Positions 24,814 to 37,279 of a stretch of DNA of 64,000 nucleotides are shown one piece after another. The DNA comes from Magallana gigas (taxonomy: Eukaryota). The DNA lies in NCBI RefSeq assembly GCF_963853765.1, contig NC_088856.1, positions 1,054,001 through 1,118,000 on the forward strand, read 5' to 3'. Each line of letters starts with the position of its first letter. Position 1 is the stretch's first letter. The notes beneath the pieces are model-generated. The model did no database searches and was not told the DNA's origin. It saw only the letters and a list, made by a program, of their open reading frames with translations. The position numbers were made by a program, and so were the translations under genes.

Positions 24814-25692
24814 ATGGTTCTTACAACAAAAATAGTGTTGTGTGGAGTTTACTGTATTGTTAAATGAATGAATGTTTATTTCTCTCAAATTAATCATATT
24901 AAAGGTACATGATGTACAAAAAAAATATTTACAAATGTACAAATGCTAGGTCAAGTTAGAAAGAGTACAGAGTTAAATAAATCGAGCTAATATTTTTTTT
25001 AACAAATATGGACATTTTTTTTATGAATCAATGTCATTGGTATTCATAAAATTCCTAAATTAATAACATTTGTTGAATTTTTTTTCAAGTAATTTGATGT
25101 GGAATAAAAAAATGCTTGGCATTCCATAATATAGTGGTATTCGTCACCCAAAGTGTTTTATTACATAATGAACAAATTCTGTGACATCTTTCTATGTTAT
25201 TCCATCTTCCAGTTTCAATAGGTTAAATTTTGTAAATATGAATCTTTAATCATTTGGAAGTTTCATAAGAAAAATTTACAGTCCAACGCTTTTTTAAAGA
25301 TCGTTCCCTCGATGATTAATATTATGAGCCAGGCTAAGGTTGGTATCGTATTTTAATTAATACTGAGTAAAGTGAAAATGTCTTTTGGCTGTTCGAGACA
25401 GCATTGTTAGATCACTACCTGTGTGATATATGGATTTTATTTCACAAATATTTTTTACCTACCTATAGTTGTCTTTAAACTTAAAATATAAGTTTTAAGG
25501 ATTGCCTGGCACAAAAAAAACTTTTACAATCTATTTATAGAATGGTCAGTTTACCGTCTTTACTGTGAAAGTTGAAAGATAGTTTAAAGGATTTAAAAGT
25601 AACAGAAGGGGGTTAACTCTACGTGAACTATCACACAACCCGCAAAATGTATTCCTTTGTGGTTGATATGTTACACCGTACTTGAATAATCA

Positions 25693-25709
25693 GAAAATGA
25701 AACGAAAGT
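25693..25709 (+). promoter_or_regulatory. ISRE/IRF-element-like motif upstream of A2
   Basis: GAAAATGAAACGAAAGT, identical to 3200-3216. Confidence 0.45.
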
Positions 25710-26127
25710 AGCAGAGTTGCACGGTTTGTATAATTTTATTGTTACTTTGAACAATGTAGTTTCTTAACGTTAGACTTTATACCTCAAGGAGCTCACATAG
25801 TAAACGTGAACTATATAACAAATGAACGGTTTAGGCAACCAACAGTTGCAGACTAACTTATTTTGATAGGAGCAAGATTATTCGTGTTCTTCTTTCTATT
25901 CTCCTTGCAAGTTGCCCGTTAGCACATATCACCTAAACCTGTATTTTGATATCATCAATGATTAAGATGCATATCTGCATGATGAATCAAAATGACGTCA
26001 TAAATTTTTAGTATTTTAAATATCAACTTTTAAGTACATGTAATGCATCTTAGATATTATTAATAACGTACATGTAGGCCTAACATATTCCTTACTCTTT
26101 TATCCTACTGATAATAGTTAACTTAAT

Positions 26128-26220
26128 CACAGGGGCTCGTCACGAAGTTTTTTCAATATAAATATTGTATAGAGGTGGTAGATATAAAAGGTTGCAAAAA
26201 CTTCGTGACGAGCTCCTGTG
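26128..26220. mobile_element. 93-bp MITE with 7-bp TSD
   Basis: TIR cacaggggctcgtcacgaagtttt / aaaacttcgtgacgagctcctgtg; ACTTAAT on both sides; empty site at ~4453. Confidence 0.75.
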
Positions 26221-26700
26221 ACTTAATTTAAAATTTTTATATCGCATCAATGCACGTCGATTGGGTTTTATTGCATGATATGCATGTAAACATAAGGCAT
26301 AAGGTTCACTATTACCGTACCTTTACATAAATATTACAAAAGAATGTGAATTTTTATCTTTAAACTTGAATTTGGACTCAAATATCCTTTAAATTATACC
26401 ATAGGTAATATCAGTCACACTGTGGTATTAAATTCGAATTAATTACTACTAACAAATCATAGTCCCCACCACTTAGCAATGAATGAAATGATCACAATGC
26501 AAAAAAAAACCACATGTATCTTTAATTTAACTTAGCGATTAACAAGTATACTCATATAATAAATACTAGAAAATGATGCCTTCAACTCGTTTAATAAAAT
26601 ATATAAAACTACAGATTACTTTTCAAAATTGTTACAAGACTACATATTATTCATTTCTTCAGTTTCTTTGTATGCACATTTGTTTTAAAGTTTATAAAGC

Positions 26701-29699
26701 ATGGCGGGATTACTTACACGTAAAGACAAGAAACAAATATCACAATGGATTGGCAGGGACAGTCAGTTTAAGCTGCTATACAAAGTAAGCCGTGATGGGA
26801 TGTCCTACCAGAGGTTCCATGAGTTGTGTGACAACAAGGGACCTACTGTGACCATCTTCTACAACACAGACAACAACATGTACGGGGGGTACCTGTCTGA
26901 CAGCTGGGGGAGTACTGGGAGCTGGTGTACAGACTTAACTGCGTTTCTGTTCAAATTACATTCTGCTGGCAACTGGATACCAGTTATGTTTCCTTACACA
27001 CGTGGAGAAACTCATTTTAAAGCAGGCAATCATGGGCCATGGTTTCATTCTTTGGCTTCATGCTCAAATGATGTTTTAAAAAAAACAGAGGGCGGTTTCT
27101 ATCAACTTTTTTCTGAATATGATTTCTTTGACGGGCAAAGCTTTGACATGAAAGGAGAGACTGCCCAGTCTGTGGCAAACGGTCACAATAACGTCACAGA
27201 TTTAGAGGTCTACCTGGTCAAAGGTAATTGTTATTACTAGATAGTCAAAGGTCAGTATATATTCATGTCAGTATATTCATGGACGTCATCATCATGAAAA
27301 CGTTAGAAAAAGTGTATCAGGTTTGTGAATGAAGATAATTTGTCAATTCACATGCATTTATTCATATTGCAATGACTTCAATAGTTGAGGTAGCATGTAA
27401 ATATACTTATCATTTGCTAAAGTAGTTGTTGGGTTCTGTTATCAGTATCTCAGAACAAAAATATATGTGTACATTTACTGACGAAATGAAATGTGTGTAC
27501 AATATACATGAGAGCTTGTTATAAATTGCCACTGTTGTTAATGGATTGCCAGATGATGAACACGAATCTCCCTGGAGGGACTCACCAGACTGGAGTTCAC
27601 AGGTACGCCATTGACAAAACATATCTAATATGCACTAGTAACATTGCATTAACTTTTACTCGAACATTTCAAATGAAACTTACAACAACCACTCATTTCC
27701 AGTAAATAAGATTATTGTATGTGTGGTTTTGCCGTATAAAATTCAAATTAATTGTTGCGGTTCTGTTCTGTAATTAATAATCTTATACTACATATTTTCA
27801 CAACATATAACAAGATATAGTACTATTATATTGCAATCTCGATGGCGCTTTGCATATCAAAAATAATCAAAAAAATAAAGAAATATCAGTAGGTTATGAT
27901 CTGATTATTTTAATTATCCGATGAAATACTACTGACATGTATTTTGTTTCTTGTGTACATGTACAATTTTTCAGACTTTTCAAGAATTAAAAGAATTTGT
28001 TGCAAATTATGAGCCCCTCGAGGAGATGAAGATCAGTGAGGTCAACATTTTACTGATAGGACAGGTCGGAGCCGGGAAATCTAGCTTCCTAAACACCATC
28101 AACTCAATCTTCAAGGGCGGGATATCCTCCCGCGCTTGCACCGGAAGCGCCGAGAGCAGCCTCACTAAAAGTGTGAGTCGAGGATTCTGATACAATTTAA
28201 AATAAACTTTAAGTCAAACATTCAATGCTTAAAGATATTTTGAACGTTCAAATCTTCAAATCAACTCTTTATCAGTTTGAAAAATTCCGCGTCCGTGACC
28301 CTTCGACCAAGAAATACCTCCGTTTTTGGATTTGTGACACAAGGGGGGTTGAGGAGGGACTGTCCATCAAAAGTGATGACCTAGGCTTTATTCTGGACGG
28401 AAACCTCCCAAATCATTACACGGTATTGTTGTGTACTTTCTCAGCTGATAAATAATCAATGTGTCTGTATATGGATAGATTTTAAGATGATACATGTAAT
28501 AGCACAAGGGGGAGGTTGATAAAGAAAGCCCAAATGGTACAGTCAAGCCACAATCGTTCACAACTTTGACATCAGGTACATGTAGCTTGACAGTAAAAAA
28601 TGGGCACTGAAAATTTTTCAAGAAAACACGAATCACTTGCATCGATACGGAGGTTTGACAGATTCTATAAGATGATTGTAATCTTTCATATCTCTAATGC
28701 TGCTGTACATGTTAAACAACAAAACATAATGTATCTTTTAAGTAAAATACAGCCTCACAATACAAGTAACAGAGGTGTGTCAATCTGCTTTCAGTTTAAC
28801 CCTGTAGAGAAAGCATCAACAAAAACTCCAGGCTTTGTCAAAGAGCCCACGGTGAAGGACAGGATACACGTGGTAGTGTTTGTTCTTGACGGAAGTACCC
28901 TGGATGTTCTGTCTGAGGGGGTCGTCTCAAAACTCAAGGATATCAAAAATCTGGTAGTGGATAGGGGTAAGTAACTTCTCTCTCTGGGGGTCTTTACAAA
29001 GCTCATGGAGATGAAAAGTTTCGTGGTAGATAGGGGTAAGTAATTTCTGTCTGGGTTGCAGGGGGAGGGGGGTGTATTACAGAACTCAAGGATATCAAAA
29101 GTCTCCTGGTAGATATAGAAAATAACTTCTCTCTGAGGGCCTTAACGAAAAGAGATTGTTAAAAGACTTAAAACGAAATACAAAAATCAATTTTTGTGTT
29201 AAATGTCTCTTGGTGGACAGGTATGGTTTTGTAAGTGTGATTTGCTTCAGTCTCTGGTGATTTGAGGTGGGTAACGTCTGTCAAAAAATTAGAAGGGGCT
29301 AGTCAATATTAAAAATGTTTGTGACACAGGAGAAACTTCAAAGATTAAATTTTGTACAAGTGTAAAATTGTGCCATCTTTTTGGTTTCTAGGTGTACCCC
29401 AGTTGGCTTTTCTAACAAAGATGGACAAGATTTGTGAAACAGTGAACAAAGATGTCAGCAAAATGTTCACGAGCAGTGCCGTAGAAGATACCGTCAATAA
29501 AACCGCTGACATTATCGCTATCCCAAGATCCCATGTACTTCCGGTCAAAAATTATGAGAAGGAAACTCAACTGAAGACGGATATAAACATCCTTGCCCTG
29601 ACAGCTCTACGACAGGCGCTCATGTTTGCAGACGACTTTCTGGAAAACCAGTATGAACTGGAACAAGAAAACTCGCAGACGTTAAACACGCGGGACTGA
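26701..29699 (+). CDS. IFI44L: IFI44-like protein copy A2, intact, ~465 aa
   Basis: Exons 26701-27223, 27553-27602, 27975-28172, 28276-28422, 28795-28966, 29392-29699; near-identical to A1 including introns. Confidence 0.92.
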
Positions 29700-30539
29700 G
29701 GCTGGTTTTGGTGCTACCTGGTTCAGTTGAATTGCCTATAACTAAATGAATTTTCTTAAGAGTAATTCCCGACTGTTCTCATTTTGGAGATCAAACATTA
29801 TAGCATTTATCTGAGTGTTTTATTTTCAGAGAACGCTTGCTTCATTATGATTATAAATAAAAGGAGACTTTAAAAACTATTAGTGTTATCCACATCTTAA
29901 TGAAAAGGCAACTTTGATTGTTTGAAAATGAAGGCATTATGACTTCTAACACGGTGCCTTAAATTTAAGTAACTCTTGTAAAAGCGACATTTCGGAACGA
30001 AGCGATAACCTGATATAGACGAGTCCTTACTGTCCCTCCTGTTCAAGGATACATCATTACAATCAATATCATTCAAACATCATGTTATACATTGTAAAGT
30101 TAAAATATCGGTAAACAGCAATGAAAATAAATTGTTGTTGTGCCTTTCAGAGGAAATCGACGCTATATTTTTCTCATAACAAAAATAATTTAAAAGCCCT
30201 ACCGGTATATCAATTTCTATTTGACAAATATGTAACGTTATTGCATGTAGAGACTTTCTGATGAACAAAAGACCCATCACAATGCACGTATATTAACTGT
30301 GGAGATCTTGATTTGTGTTTCATAATACCAAAAATTGATTTTTCATTTGTGTTCTATCTATTGTGATTAAAAGATTTAACTGTGATTCATTTCGGATTTA
30401 GGAACATTGCTTTTATGCTATGGCTGTTCAATGAATGTAAACAGCGTTAATCAAGGTTAAAACACTGCAGTGATGGCATTCCTTTGTTCCTGCAGTCTAA
30501 AATTTTCCTGTGACATTCCTATATAAGTAAGCTTCTTAA

Positions 30540-31755
30540 GGTGACTCTATACACCCACAGTTTATTCCAATTTTCAATAGAAGACCACAAAACATATAGG
30601 CTACTTATTAATTATCAAAATGATGATAGGGGTACTATAGGTAATTTTAAAGAATTTCTAAATGTTTTTTCGTGTTTTTGTAAAATAATTTGTAAAAAGT
30701 TAACTAAAAAAATTATGTCATATGATGAATATTTCTTTCGGACACCTGAAAATAAATATAATACTAAGTCTTCTTAACATTCAAAAATGTCATTATTGCA
30801 ATTTTTTTTAGAATTTCCCCAAAACATAATTTTTTATATGTTCTTACTCTGTTGACAAATCATCTGAAAAAGCTGCTTGACGTTATAAGAAATGTATTTT
30901 AATAACTCTGACATAAAAAAAAATTGAATAAAAATCATTGCAAATAAACACAAAAAATATTTTAAATTTTATTTGGTATGAAAGTTCCTCATGTAAGAGT
31001 TATCGTTCCTAAGTCCCAAGGCCCAAACATCTTGGGGACTCTTCATTTCTGAGTTGAAGACAATTTCCTAAATATCATGATGGAATGATAAATACATACA
31101 TATTTCATTATAGGCCTATATAAGTGAATTCATTCGCTTTAATGCAAAACTAAGTCAAATAAATAAAGGGGAAAATTAACTCATAGGATTTATGTATCTC
31201 AACCTGAGAGAAATTCAAAGCCACCCTCCCATTTCCCTTATGGTGGTTAGGAATATCTGTCAATATTAATGTGGATTAAAGTATACTATAATTGAAATAC
31301 TTTCACCGGTTTAGAATTTTCTTTCACAGTATTCAACCAAAAAACACGTTTTAGAAAATTTTGGAAAGTTAAAAATTTTATTTTGGAAAGTTAAAAATTT
31401 TATTGTCCTCAACGGGATTTGAACTCATGACCAACAGGTTTGTAGTGAACCCACTAACCCACTGCGCTACACTATAAGTTGTCAAAAAACGGAAAGAAAC
31501 TATTTAAAAAATTTAACTTGATTTTACTGTTTATTTCGGTAAATAATACGACATAACGTGAAGGTGTCTCATTACTTGTAAGTTAGGATTTTTCCAATTA
31601 ACTCATTAATCTAAGACTATTCAATTAACAAATTTATAAAAAGAGTGGTCACCATACAATTTGCCACAGTTTAAATCAGCCAGAACCGGAACTGCATGCT
31701 TCCAGATTTACTTTTTTGCGCACTGCGTCATCAAAAAGTGGTGTATAGAGCCACC
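30540..31755. mobile_element. Non-autonomous Kolobok-like element, TTAA TSD
   Basis: 16-bp TIR ggtg(a/g)ctctatacacc; TTAA at 30536-39 and 31756-59; empty site gcttctttaaatcagaacg at ~9301. Contains a tRNA-like segment on the minus strand at ~31404-31472 (A box tagcgcagtgg, B box gttcaaatcc). Confidence 0.85.
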
Positions 31756-33299
31756 TTAAAATCAGAACGTTACCAATAGTTACAGTACTTATATCGTTCA
31801 AAATCGGACTGTCTCAGGTAAATCAAAAATGAAATTCAATGGCAGTGTTTTAAGTACGATATATATGCCTTAAACAGTTCTGTATGAAAAAATATTGGAC
31901 AGTACTCGGCCCAAAAGGGCCTCGAAACTTTCTGATAATTTTTTTTTCATACAGAACTGTTTTTGGCATATATCCATTACGTAAAACATGGTTAAATACT
32001 AATACCGGAAACATTATATACAAGAATATTGTACCTTTTCTGAATAGCTTGGAAATAATGATAGTTACAACAGTGGAATAGATGATTTATATCCTATGTC
32101 TCCAGACTTAAAATGCAAAATAATCCCATGACTGATACATATTTCTAAATATTTTGGTGGAATAAGCAAAATAATTAAAAGATACTATAGTTACCGTAAT
32201 CTCTTAATTTATTTCTTTGGGAAAAGGGGTAACATAACATTCATCTTAAAAAAAAAAGGCTCAATTCAAAATTTCCTCGAAGATTTTCTGCCAACTATTA
32301 GACATTTTAACATATACATCTACATGGAGTATCCAATATTATCAGCAGAGAACAGTACTGTAACTAGATTGTTCACAAAACGGAACCTTCCAGATAAACA
32401 TATCCGTAGCTGCTTATCCAGAAATTAAAGCTCATTTAAGTAGTTTCTATTGACATATGCAATATCCAAAAAATATTTATCGTCGCTTTTTAACTGTTAT
32501 ATCTGCTCTTTGTCAGGGAAATGAATAATATACAGAACAGCCATATAAACTCATGTTACTTAATGCGCTTTCGCTGCTCAAAATAGAGTACCAGAAACTT
32601 CGACGGGAACATTCATTAGATCAAATAAATTTGATTTAACAATTTTATTTTTCAAAAGTAAATATCAAATTAGTTATGTAAGTTTGAACGTTTTACTTGA
32701 ACTTATAATAATAAATCGATTCAAAAACGCGTGATGACATTTACTTGTGCTTTATATACATACACTGTGATTGAGATTTGAGGTGTGTTATAGAAATTGA
32801 ACATCACAGATTTCCAATGCAAACATAAGGGGGAATATACATCACATGTAAATATATCAAAATATCTAAAAATACAATGTTTTAGTGACTCTTTCAACTC
32901 TCTATCGAAAAAAAAAGACATAAGAATAAATGAACAGTGGAAAATTTCATAATTTATGTTTCAAGATTATATCATAAATTGATATTTTTTTTTTATTTTG
33001 ATGCAAAATAAAATTGTTTATACGTTGCATTCATTACAGTGCCTCTTATCTAGCTATTTCTGGTATGTTTGACAGTGTTTAAAAGATGAAACATAGTCAT
33101 ATAGTACTTGGAAACAATAATCAAAATAATGTTAAACCTTTTTTGAATAACTTACAGCCAACTGAATTATGACAACAATGAAACCTTTGTCTCTAGACCT
33201 GAAATCAAAATAATCCAAGATGCATTTTTATGTATTTTTTATTTTCAAGTTTTGCATGTCAATATGTGGAATAAGCAAAAATTATAAAAATACTAAGCT

Positions 33300-33774
33300 C
33301 ACATTTTTTTTTAATTGGGAAGGGGAACATGACAGTCATCTAATAAAACAATCCCAGCACAGTTTCCCCAGGACTTCCTGCCAACTCTTGTATTTATCAA
33401 CACATAGTATCTAATGATGCAACAGAAAACAGAACGTTTATACTAGATTATTAACTTTGCAAAATGGAATCTTCTAGATTTGCACAAGAGCTTCTGATAG
33501 TTCAGGAAACTTATCAAAGTGATTTTCACCGACACATGCAGCCGTGAAGATCTTGACTTCATTGTGATTGTCTACACTCAAGGAGATGTCACAAACTGGT
33601 CTATTACAGATAAACTCCAATAGAGCTCTTCCATTTCTATATGGATGGTTGTTGCCATCTTGTTGACACTTGGATGTTTACAGATTATCATCACTAAATC
33701 TTCCATGGACAAAATGTCTCTACATCTTTTTCTGGATCCCCATACCCTTCTGTGGTGGAGTTGACACATCCATT
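33300..33774 (-). pseudogene. Unassigned decayed coding exon (relic); related copies at ~9720-10160 and ~32200-32640
   Basis: Strong acceptor tttttcag| followed by ATG (33773) and one frame with scattered stops: ...RALLEFICNRPVCDISLSVDNHNEVKIFTAACVGENHFDKF...VNNLV. The 9.9-kb copy keeps ACV..N and VNNLV in frame. Family not recognised. Confidence 0.35.
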
Positions 33775-34047
33775 CTGAAAAACAGATAAAAGATGTGACA
33801 TTGTTTTACAAAGGTAGTCTGCGTTTAGATCTCTTTCTTATAAAAGTATATCAATTAGATATATAAAATTTTAATTTGACAAGTTCAACAAACTATTCAC
33901 TCTAACTCATGTACATCAGGTACAACATTTTGATGAGAAAATTCGAAGGTCTAGAACAGAAGGATGGTTAGTAGAGAGTTATTTTAGTGTTCAAATGTTA
34001 ACCCTCTATTAACCATCCTTCTATTCTATACCATCATTCCCTTGTTA

Positions 34048-37000
34048 TTACCCAGAATTCTCCTGTAGTTGTTTGTTAAGATTCTGATACAGCTCCGCTT
34101 GGTTTCCGTCACTCTGTGCACGCCCGGAGAATTCCACATGCCGCTTGGAGTGGACAGACTTGATGCGATCTGTCCATAGCGAAAGCAGATTACTAGCACC
34201 TGGTGATAAAAATGAAGAAATTATTGATTAGCCATCAGACAAAACCAAGAGCTGAGATCATTATATATATATATGGGTTAATATAAATTAATTTGACAAT
34301 GCATATCTTTCAAACACAACCTTTATGCAAGACATGTAATTAAAGTTAATGGTTGAGATCAAACTGTGTGTTCTGTATATCAGTATCTTCAGCTTCTACA
34401 CAACAAATTGTGTCTAGGCAGTGCATCCTCTACAAGGACAGCTGTCAATACACCCTTCCTCTTGAATTGTGTCTAGACCACCCTTTACACACATATGGAC
34501 CACAGTCTAAACACCCTTTCTTTTACACTGTGTCTAGACCACCCTCTACATACATGTAGACACCCTTTAGATACATCTAGACACCCTATAGATACATCTA
34601 GATCACCCTCTATATACATGTAGATCACCGTCCACCTACCTTTGCTTTTGAACTGAGTATCATCAGTGCTGAGTCTGGATTTTTTAACAGAGGATGGTCC
34701 TCCTTCTGATTTGTTCATTTCTTGTTTTTCCTTCTCTGTCATTTTCTGAAATCTTTAAACAAAAAACAAAATAATTTTAACTTAAATTTCCAATTTTAAT
34801 TTCAAATGCTTTCTCTAATAAACAAAATTCCATCAGAGATTACAAATTTCAAATGCATTTTCATCAAAGATTTCAAATACACAGACATTGAACTTTGACC
34901 CCTGACCTGTCGAGCTCCTTCCAGGCATAGTTCTGGTCAGTGTTAGTCTCCTGTTTCTCCTCCTTTGTGCTGCTGGGCGAGGATTTGCCATCGTCGCTCG
35001 GCTTCTTACACTTGAGGAGACACTCAAGCACCCTCTGGTGTTGGGGGGAGGAGTCTGCGTGGGCACGGATCAGGTTCTCTAACTCCGCCCACATCTGTTT
35101 GTACTGCTCGTCTCTACCGAGATTATCACACATAAATAAGCAAGAAGGCAAACCTACCCATTTAAGATAAATTGAGTTCTGGCCTCCGGATCATAAAGCA
35201 ATTTTAAACGTAAGTAAAAATTTCTGTCCGTCATAAAATTATTGCTTTTCATAAGATAACGATTGAAATTTGTAATTAACAACGATATATCAAGATATTT
35301 TTAAATGCATTTCAATTTTTTTCAATCAATAGACATTAAGACAGTTTTCAATTTTTACTTGAGTCTAAGATCGCTTCATGATCCTGGGGCCTGGATTTAA
35401 TCTGGGTGCAACTAATTAAAAAGTTTTAAGGCTAGAATCTCTTTCAAGTGATTAATGTATTTGATTTTCTCTAATTGTTGAGTTGTCTGGATTGACAGGG
35501 AAGGTTCCAAGAGTATGTGCATTTTTCTGTTTTTACCTTTTTGGTCCTTTCCCGCGGGTTCCTGCACTAGAGGTGGGTAGGGGTTCGTTCCTGGACTCCA
35601 TCCCCACGACATGGTAGATAGCTTTCTGACATTCCAACACATCCTCGTCATCCAACTTCTCCTTAACAATGATTGTGGGGAGCGGGTCAATGTGCTACAG
35701 AGACACAGAAAATGAAATTCAATATAGGAAACTCAGCACCACTCCAAAACACTGACCAAATAGTCTTTATCTTAAATATTGCATACCATTACAAGAAATG
35801 GCAACCTTAAACTAGACTTACATATGCATTTTAATTATTTTTTAGAAGAATATAATTGTAATATTATATATTGTAATTCTTTTCAGAAGAATATGTTGTC
35901 TCACTTCCATCTATTTATGTTGACCAGTGTGACAGATATTATACAAAGATTAAGACCCATTTCAAATTTCTACCAAAAGCAATAAAACTTTCTCAAAGGA
36001 ATTAGGGATTATAAAAATGAAATCTTGGTAATTGGAAGTATTTTCTTCACCTACCCTTATATTGTTATACAGAATTCAGTCATCAAGAGCTACACAATCA
36101 TGTCCAAATGACTTCTTTTCAAGCAAGATTTGTTAAATTAATAATAAAAATTCATCACATGCATTTTTAAAGATGAATTCCACAGTCCTTATTCCTTGCA
36201 AACATGACATGATAGACAGATAGCAGTGAAAGAAGTAAAAAATCGACCCCCCCCCCTTTTAAAAAACTGTCTTACGGAGGCCATGTTGAATATGATGGTT
36301 TCTCCGATGACCAGCGGCCAGAATCGACTCATCCTCTCCAGGTGTGTCTTGGCTACAACAGAGAACAAGAAACATTCAGACAGAACCAGAAGCTTAATAA
36401 TTACCACAAAATTTTTTTATTTTTTTTCATTTTGACATTTTAATGCCAGGTAAAAGCTTCTTTTGATCTAAATGACTTTCCTTACAGCAAAACCCTTGAA
36501 AAGGGTTAGAAAATAAGTATGCCTCAATTTATAATAAACAGGAAATCTTCAAGATCTTGAATAGAGTCTTTTAAGCTCACCTCGGTCTAGATAGTTGATG
36601 CTGGTTGACAGCATGTCTGGTAATGCTGGTGCTAGTCGGTTCTCCTTCATAAACTCTTTGAAATCCTACAAGAGACACCCTATTGTTCTTTGACATAAAG
36701 TAGACCTCCCTTTTTGAAGGTAAAAGATTTATTTAATTTCAGAAAGAATGACTAGATTATGACCAAACCAACAGCTTGTAATGAAATTGAAACAACAGAT
36801 TACTTTTACTTATTATGTTTGTTACTGACTATCTATGGAAACATATCATGTTGGCAAAGCCCACAGAAGACTAGGCTAAACCTAAGAGGTGTTTTGTTTT
36901 GTCAAGTACCAAAACTGTTTGTATACCAATAAATTAAAGAAAGAAACGTAAAAAAAAAAAGATTTTATGGCTAGCTGCCGATAAGAGAAACGTAGACGAC

Positions 37001-37279
37001 AATCAAGATTAATTTTATCCAATCAAGTTGCATCATTTTAATCTAAGGCATAACAATAGTTCTTGAGCAGTTGAAAGGGGAGTGTTCTGTTGATTACTTA
37101 CATTGATTCTGTAGTCTGTGACCCTCCCCCACACCCCTCACTGATTGTGGGTGGATCCTCCAGCAGTGACCGGGCAGTATTGATGGCGTGGATAAAGATC
37201 TCACCCCCATGACTGGCCAGCATGTGGGAGATCACCTTGGTACCTGACTTCCGGGGCTGCTCCAACATAACAGCTCGAC
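34048..37279 (-). pseudogene. INTS13: Integrator complex subunit 13 (Asunder) 3' half, 7 exons, frameshifted first exon
   Basis: Exons 37279-37102, 36665-36581, 36352-36276, 35694-35537, 35113-34907, 34752-34640, 34199-34048. Translation: GRAVMLEQPRKSGTKVISHMLASHGGEIFIH...LEDPPTISEGCGG.VTDYRI|DFKEFMKENRL...RFWPLVIGETIIFNM...GKGPKRDEQYKQMWAELENLIRAH...HQRVLECLL...LLSLWTDRI...AELYQ...*. This matches my recollection of the INTS13 C-terminal half. There is a 1-nt deletion at ~37122, and the inferred acceptor reads TG rather than AG. Confidence 0.85.
34465..34630. repeat. ~20-bp minisatellite (tagacaccctctatatacatg-like) in an INTS13 intron
   Basis: Repeated ctagacaccc..tagatacat units. Confidence 0.75.

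Noticed and set aside
31404-31472. tRNA genes at 31404-31472 (-) and 21198-21268 (+)
   Set aside because: A/B boxes are present but stems are broken; the first lies inside a TE, so both are treated as SINE-like relics.
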